Shown here in pieces: positions 61,224 to 64,000 of a DNA stretch of 64,000 nucleotides (position 1 is its first letter; every line of letters starts with the position of its first letter). A model generated the notes under the pieces. The model was not told the origin of the DNA and did not search any database. It saw only the letters and a list, made by a program, of their open reading frames with translations. The DNA comes from Candidatus Saccharibacteria bacterium CPR2. GTDB taxonomy: Bacteria; Patescibacteriota; Saccharimonadia; Saccharimonadales; QWHN01. The position numbers were made by a program, and so were the translations under genes. The stretch spans positions 325,275-389,274 of the forward strand of contig QWHN01000001.1 of assembly GCA_021404905.1 (NCBI GenBank). The letters are read 5' to 3'.

Positions 61224-63998
61224 ATGGACAGTCAAAACACAAATCCACCAGAGGGAGGGTTAGAATCCTCCCAGTTTGAAAATGAGGAAACCCAACCCCA
61301 AGTTGGTGATGTTTTTAATTCCCAAAGTGGTGAAAGCCTGGAAACTCCCGACGAATCGACATCTTTAGTAAACAAAGCAAAAGAAACAAAATTTGCTGAA
61401 TACGTCATTCCTGACAAAATGAGCCGTTTAAAGTTCGCGTTATACAGTTTGCCAATGGTTCTGGTAGCAATAGGCTTAATAATTTTCATCATAGTAAAAA
61501 TAAATTCACCGCAAGAAATTCAAAGCAATAAACTTATCGAAACCAAAGAGCAAGATATCAATATACAACAATTCCAGGAAGCAACTTCGGATAGTTTCGT
61601 AAGCGCGAAGGACCAAAAAGTAACGATAAACGGCGAATTGTTGGTAAATGGAGCATTAGTTATCCCAAGTGCTCAAGAGCCCGCAAATCCTATAACGGGG
61701 CAAATATATTTTGATCAATCTTCAAGTGAATTGAGATATTACGACGGAAGAACGTTTATAAGTTTAGCTAACAATTCAGCACAGATTTGCTATATCGGGG
61801 CAGATTGCGGATTTTTGAAAACCGAAGACATAAATGTTGGTAGCTTAACATTGCCGCAAGACCTAGCCGTTTCAGCTTCTCCCACATTCGCTGCATTAAA
61901 CCTTACTAGCGGGCTAGCCGTAAACAGCGGAGGAACCGGTCAATCTAGCTTCACAAACAATGCAGTTTTATTGGGAAATGGATCTAGCGCGATTAAAGTT
62001 TCAAATACTCCATCTGCCGGACAAGTTTTTGTTGGTAACGCAAGCGGCGTACCTACTTTTGTTTCAATATCCGGCGATTTAACACTTAACGCATCGGGAA
62101 TTGCCAACTTGTCTACAAATAGCGTAGGTTCAAACGAACTACAATCCAGTGGGGTCTCTAGCGGATCTTACGGAGACGCTAATAATATACCAGTTGTTAC
62201 GGTAGACGTTGATGGAAGAATTACGTCAATTTCTACGGTGGCGGCCGTAGGTGGTGGTGGAGCACCAACCGACTCGCAATACTTGACTCTCGCGAACGAC
62301 GCCAGTCTATCTGATGAAAGAGTGCTAGTGGCCGGTAATGGTTTAGCGGTTACGGATGGCGGAGCTAATGGCAATGCTACGTTATATGTAAATGTAGATG
62401 GATCTACCATTGCGATTACCGCGGACACACTTGGGGTGCCAACCGGCGGGATTACATCTACTCAGATATTTGATGGTACAATTACTGGCACAGATATTTC
62501 GGATGGCTCGGTAGCAAACACCGACCTTGCCAACAGCTCTCTTACAGTTTCTGCTGGCACAGGCTTAACCGGAGGCGGGAGTGTTTCGCTAGGCGGAAGC
62601 GTGTCATTGCAAGCTTCTCTTGGTACGGACATAGACACGTTGGAAATTACAAACGGCACCATCCTATTTGCTGATCTTAGTCAAAACGGCTGTAACAATA
62701 ACGAGATCATCAAATGGAATGGTAGCGCTTGGGCTTGCAACACGGACGAACTTGGTACTGGTGATGGCGGTATAACCACGTTAAACGGTCAGACAGGTTT
62801 AACCCAAACATTTGCTAATGACACAAATGTGACAGTCTCCTCCTCTGGAGACGTACACACTCTAGGCTGGAGCGGACAACTATCCGTTGCTAGAGGTGGT
62901 ACCAGTGCCAGTACCGCTCAAGGTGCCATCAATGCTATATCTGGTTTAACTACCAATGGTGATTTGCTCTACCATAATGGCACCAACTCAACCAGATTAG
63001 CTAGGGGATCTAATGGAGACTGCTTAACCTCCAATGCCACTACAATTCTATGGGGTAGTTGTGCTGGTAGTGGAACAACCTTTTTCTCACTTGCTGGTAC
63101 AAGTGGCACACCACAATCCATCAATGGCGGAGATACCGTTACTATTGCCGCTGGCAGCAACATTTCAACCACTGCTGGAGCGACTGACACAGTAACCATA
63201 GATGTTGTTAGCAATCCCACTTTTTCTGGACTAGTCACCGCAAGCAATGGTCTCACGGTTTCAAGCTCTGGCGCGTCAATAACCGGTGGTCTAAATAATA
63301 ACTCGGGAGGAATCACTAATGCTGGAGCAGTAAGTGGCGCAACCACCATAACGGCATCCGGCAACATCAACACTACCGCTGGTGTATTTCAGCTTAATGG
63401 ATCGGATATAAATACGGCTGGAACGCTTACAAATGTCGCGTATGAAAATCAGGCGAATGTATTTACCCAATCTAATTCTTTTCAAGCGAATCTGATAAAT
63501 ACGGAAGGCGGGTATTTTGCCACTCAGAGAATTTCTACGGACATTTCTGCTACCGGGACATTGAATAATTTAGATTTTGGTACGGGCTCGCTGGTTAGGT
63601 TTAGCGGTGCCAGCACGCAAACCGTAACTGGCTTAGCCAATGGAGCCGATGGAAGAATACTGACGATTATCAATGCTGCGTCTCAAGCCATGAATATCAA
63701 TAACGAAGACAGCGGATCTACAGCAGGGAATCGAATTATAACCGGCACAGGAGGAAATATCTCGGTAGCTAGCGGGTCTTCGCTAACATTAATATATGAC
63801 TCATCGGCATCAAGGTGGCGCGTAATAGGAGATGTTGCCGGTGGAGCGGGCTCTGGGGCGAATCAATCTTTGTCTAATTTAAGTGGAGTTAATCTAAATA
63901 CCGCACTGAATGTGACCTCAGGCAACTTGGAACTGAAAACCACAACGTCTGGAGACATTTCATTAACTCCAGCGTCATCTACTGGTTTGGTTAATGTA
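61224..63998 (+). CDS. Giant surface / tail-fibre-like repeat protein (3' end off-window)
   Basis: My own translation from ATG 61224 stays open to the window edge (more than 925 codons). It is absent from the ORF track, presumably because it has no stop. TM helix (FALYSLPMVLVAIGLIIFIIV), then G/T/S/N-rich repeats with recurring GGTG / ARGGTSAST motifs. Confidence 0.8.
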   Translation, partial: MDSQNTNPPEGGLESSQFENEETQPQVGDVFNSQSGESLETPDESTSLVNKAKETKFAEYVIPDKMSRLKFALYSLPMVLVAIGLIIFIIVKINSPQEIQSNKLIETKEQDINIQQFQEATSDSFVSAKDQKVTINGELLVNGALVIPSAQEPANPITGQIYFDQSSSELRYYDGRTFISLANNSAQICYIGADCGFLKTEDINVGSLTLPQDLAVSASPTFAALNLTSGLAVNSGGTGQSSFTNNAVLLGNGSSAIKVSNTPSAGQVFVGNASGVPTFVSISGDLTLNASGIANLSTNSVGSNELQSSGVSSGSYGDANNIPVVTVDVDGRITSISTVAAVGGGGAPTDSQYLTLANDASLSDERVLVAGNGLAVTDGGANGNATLYVNVDGSTIAITADTLGVPTGGITSTQIFDGTITGTDISDGSVANTDLANSSLTVSAGTGLTGGGSVSLGGSVSLQASLGTDIDTLEITNGTILFADLSQNGCNNNEIIKWNGSAWACNTDELGTGDGGITTLNGQTGLTQTFANDTNVTVSSSGDVHTLGWSGQLSVARGGTSASTAQGAINAISGLTTNGDLLYHNGTNSTRLARGSNGDCLTSNATTILWGSCAGSGTTFFSLAGTSGTPQSINGGDTVTIAAGSNISTTAGATDTVTIDVVSNPTFSGLVTASNGLTVSSSGASITGGLNNNSGGITNAGAVSGATTITASGNINTTAGVFQLNGSDINTAGTLTNVAYENQANVFTQSNSFQANLINTEGGYFATQRISTDISATGTLNNLDFGTGSLVRFSGASTQTVTGLANGADGRILTIINAASQAMNINNEDSGSTAGNRIITGTGGNISVASGSSLTLIYDSSASRWRVIGDVAGGAGSGANQSLSNLSGVNLNTALNVTSGNLELKTTTSGDISLTPASSTGLVNV

Positions 63999-64000
63999 TT

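Noticed and set aside
61232-63485. Minus-strand ORFs 61232-61492, 62168-62428, 62462-62662, 62969-63373 and 63291-63485.
   Set aside because: They are antisense shadows of the long + strand giant ORF. Their composition mirrors its Gly/Thr/Ser codons read in reverse.

Overview
This looks like a chromosomal segment from an AT-rich bacterium using the standard code (UGA works as a stop). I infer a CPR/Patescibacteria, Saccharibacteria-like origin from LPXTG surface proteins, giant surface proteins and heavily interrupted stable-RNA genes; no search was run to test this.

Most of the window is housekeeping:
- infC-rpmI-rplT, comM/yifB, tmRNA plus smpB, gyrB-gyrA
- rpsA, infB, fmt-def-priA, recJ, rpsU, adk, map
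- ftsA-ftsZ, nrdR-nrdJ, ileS, a SEDS protein, rplU

The main result concerns the stable RNAs: 16S, 23S, 5S, RNase P RNA and tmRNA, plus tRNA-Pro, tRNA-Ala and tRNA-Ile.
- 16S is about 1.74 kb, 23S about 3.7 kb and RNase P RNA about 605 nt. All three are oversized because they carry ORF-less, AT-rich hairpin modules of about 100-150 nt, bracketed by short GC-clamp hairpins.
- At least two sequence families of these modules recur at different sites and in different genes.
- Two copies in RNase P RNA are about 97% identical. A twin pair sits at 23S helix 25 and helix 45. Related copies lie in the 16S-downstream spacer, in 16S helix 6, and upstream of a surface-protein gene.

Other oddities:
- The rRNA genes appear to be separate transcription units.
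- The first ~35 nt of 16S is duplicated 125 nt upstream.
- tRNA-Ile is surrounded by tRNA half-fragments.
- nrdJ is frameshifted and seems to lack a conserved block.
- A Nudix-RNase H fusion is present.
- 51.9-64 kb is an accessory surface-protein island: a frameshifted beta-helix-like protein, a 1498-aa protein with about 18 Kelch blades, a RAYT transposase flanked by REP-like palindromes, and a giant gene running off the window.

All calls come from reading the sequence and the ORF translations. No database or folding software was run, and RNA ends are approximate (about +/-10 nt).
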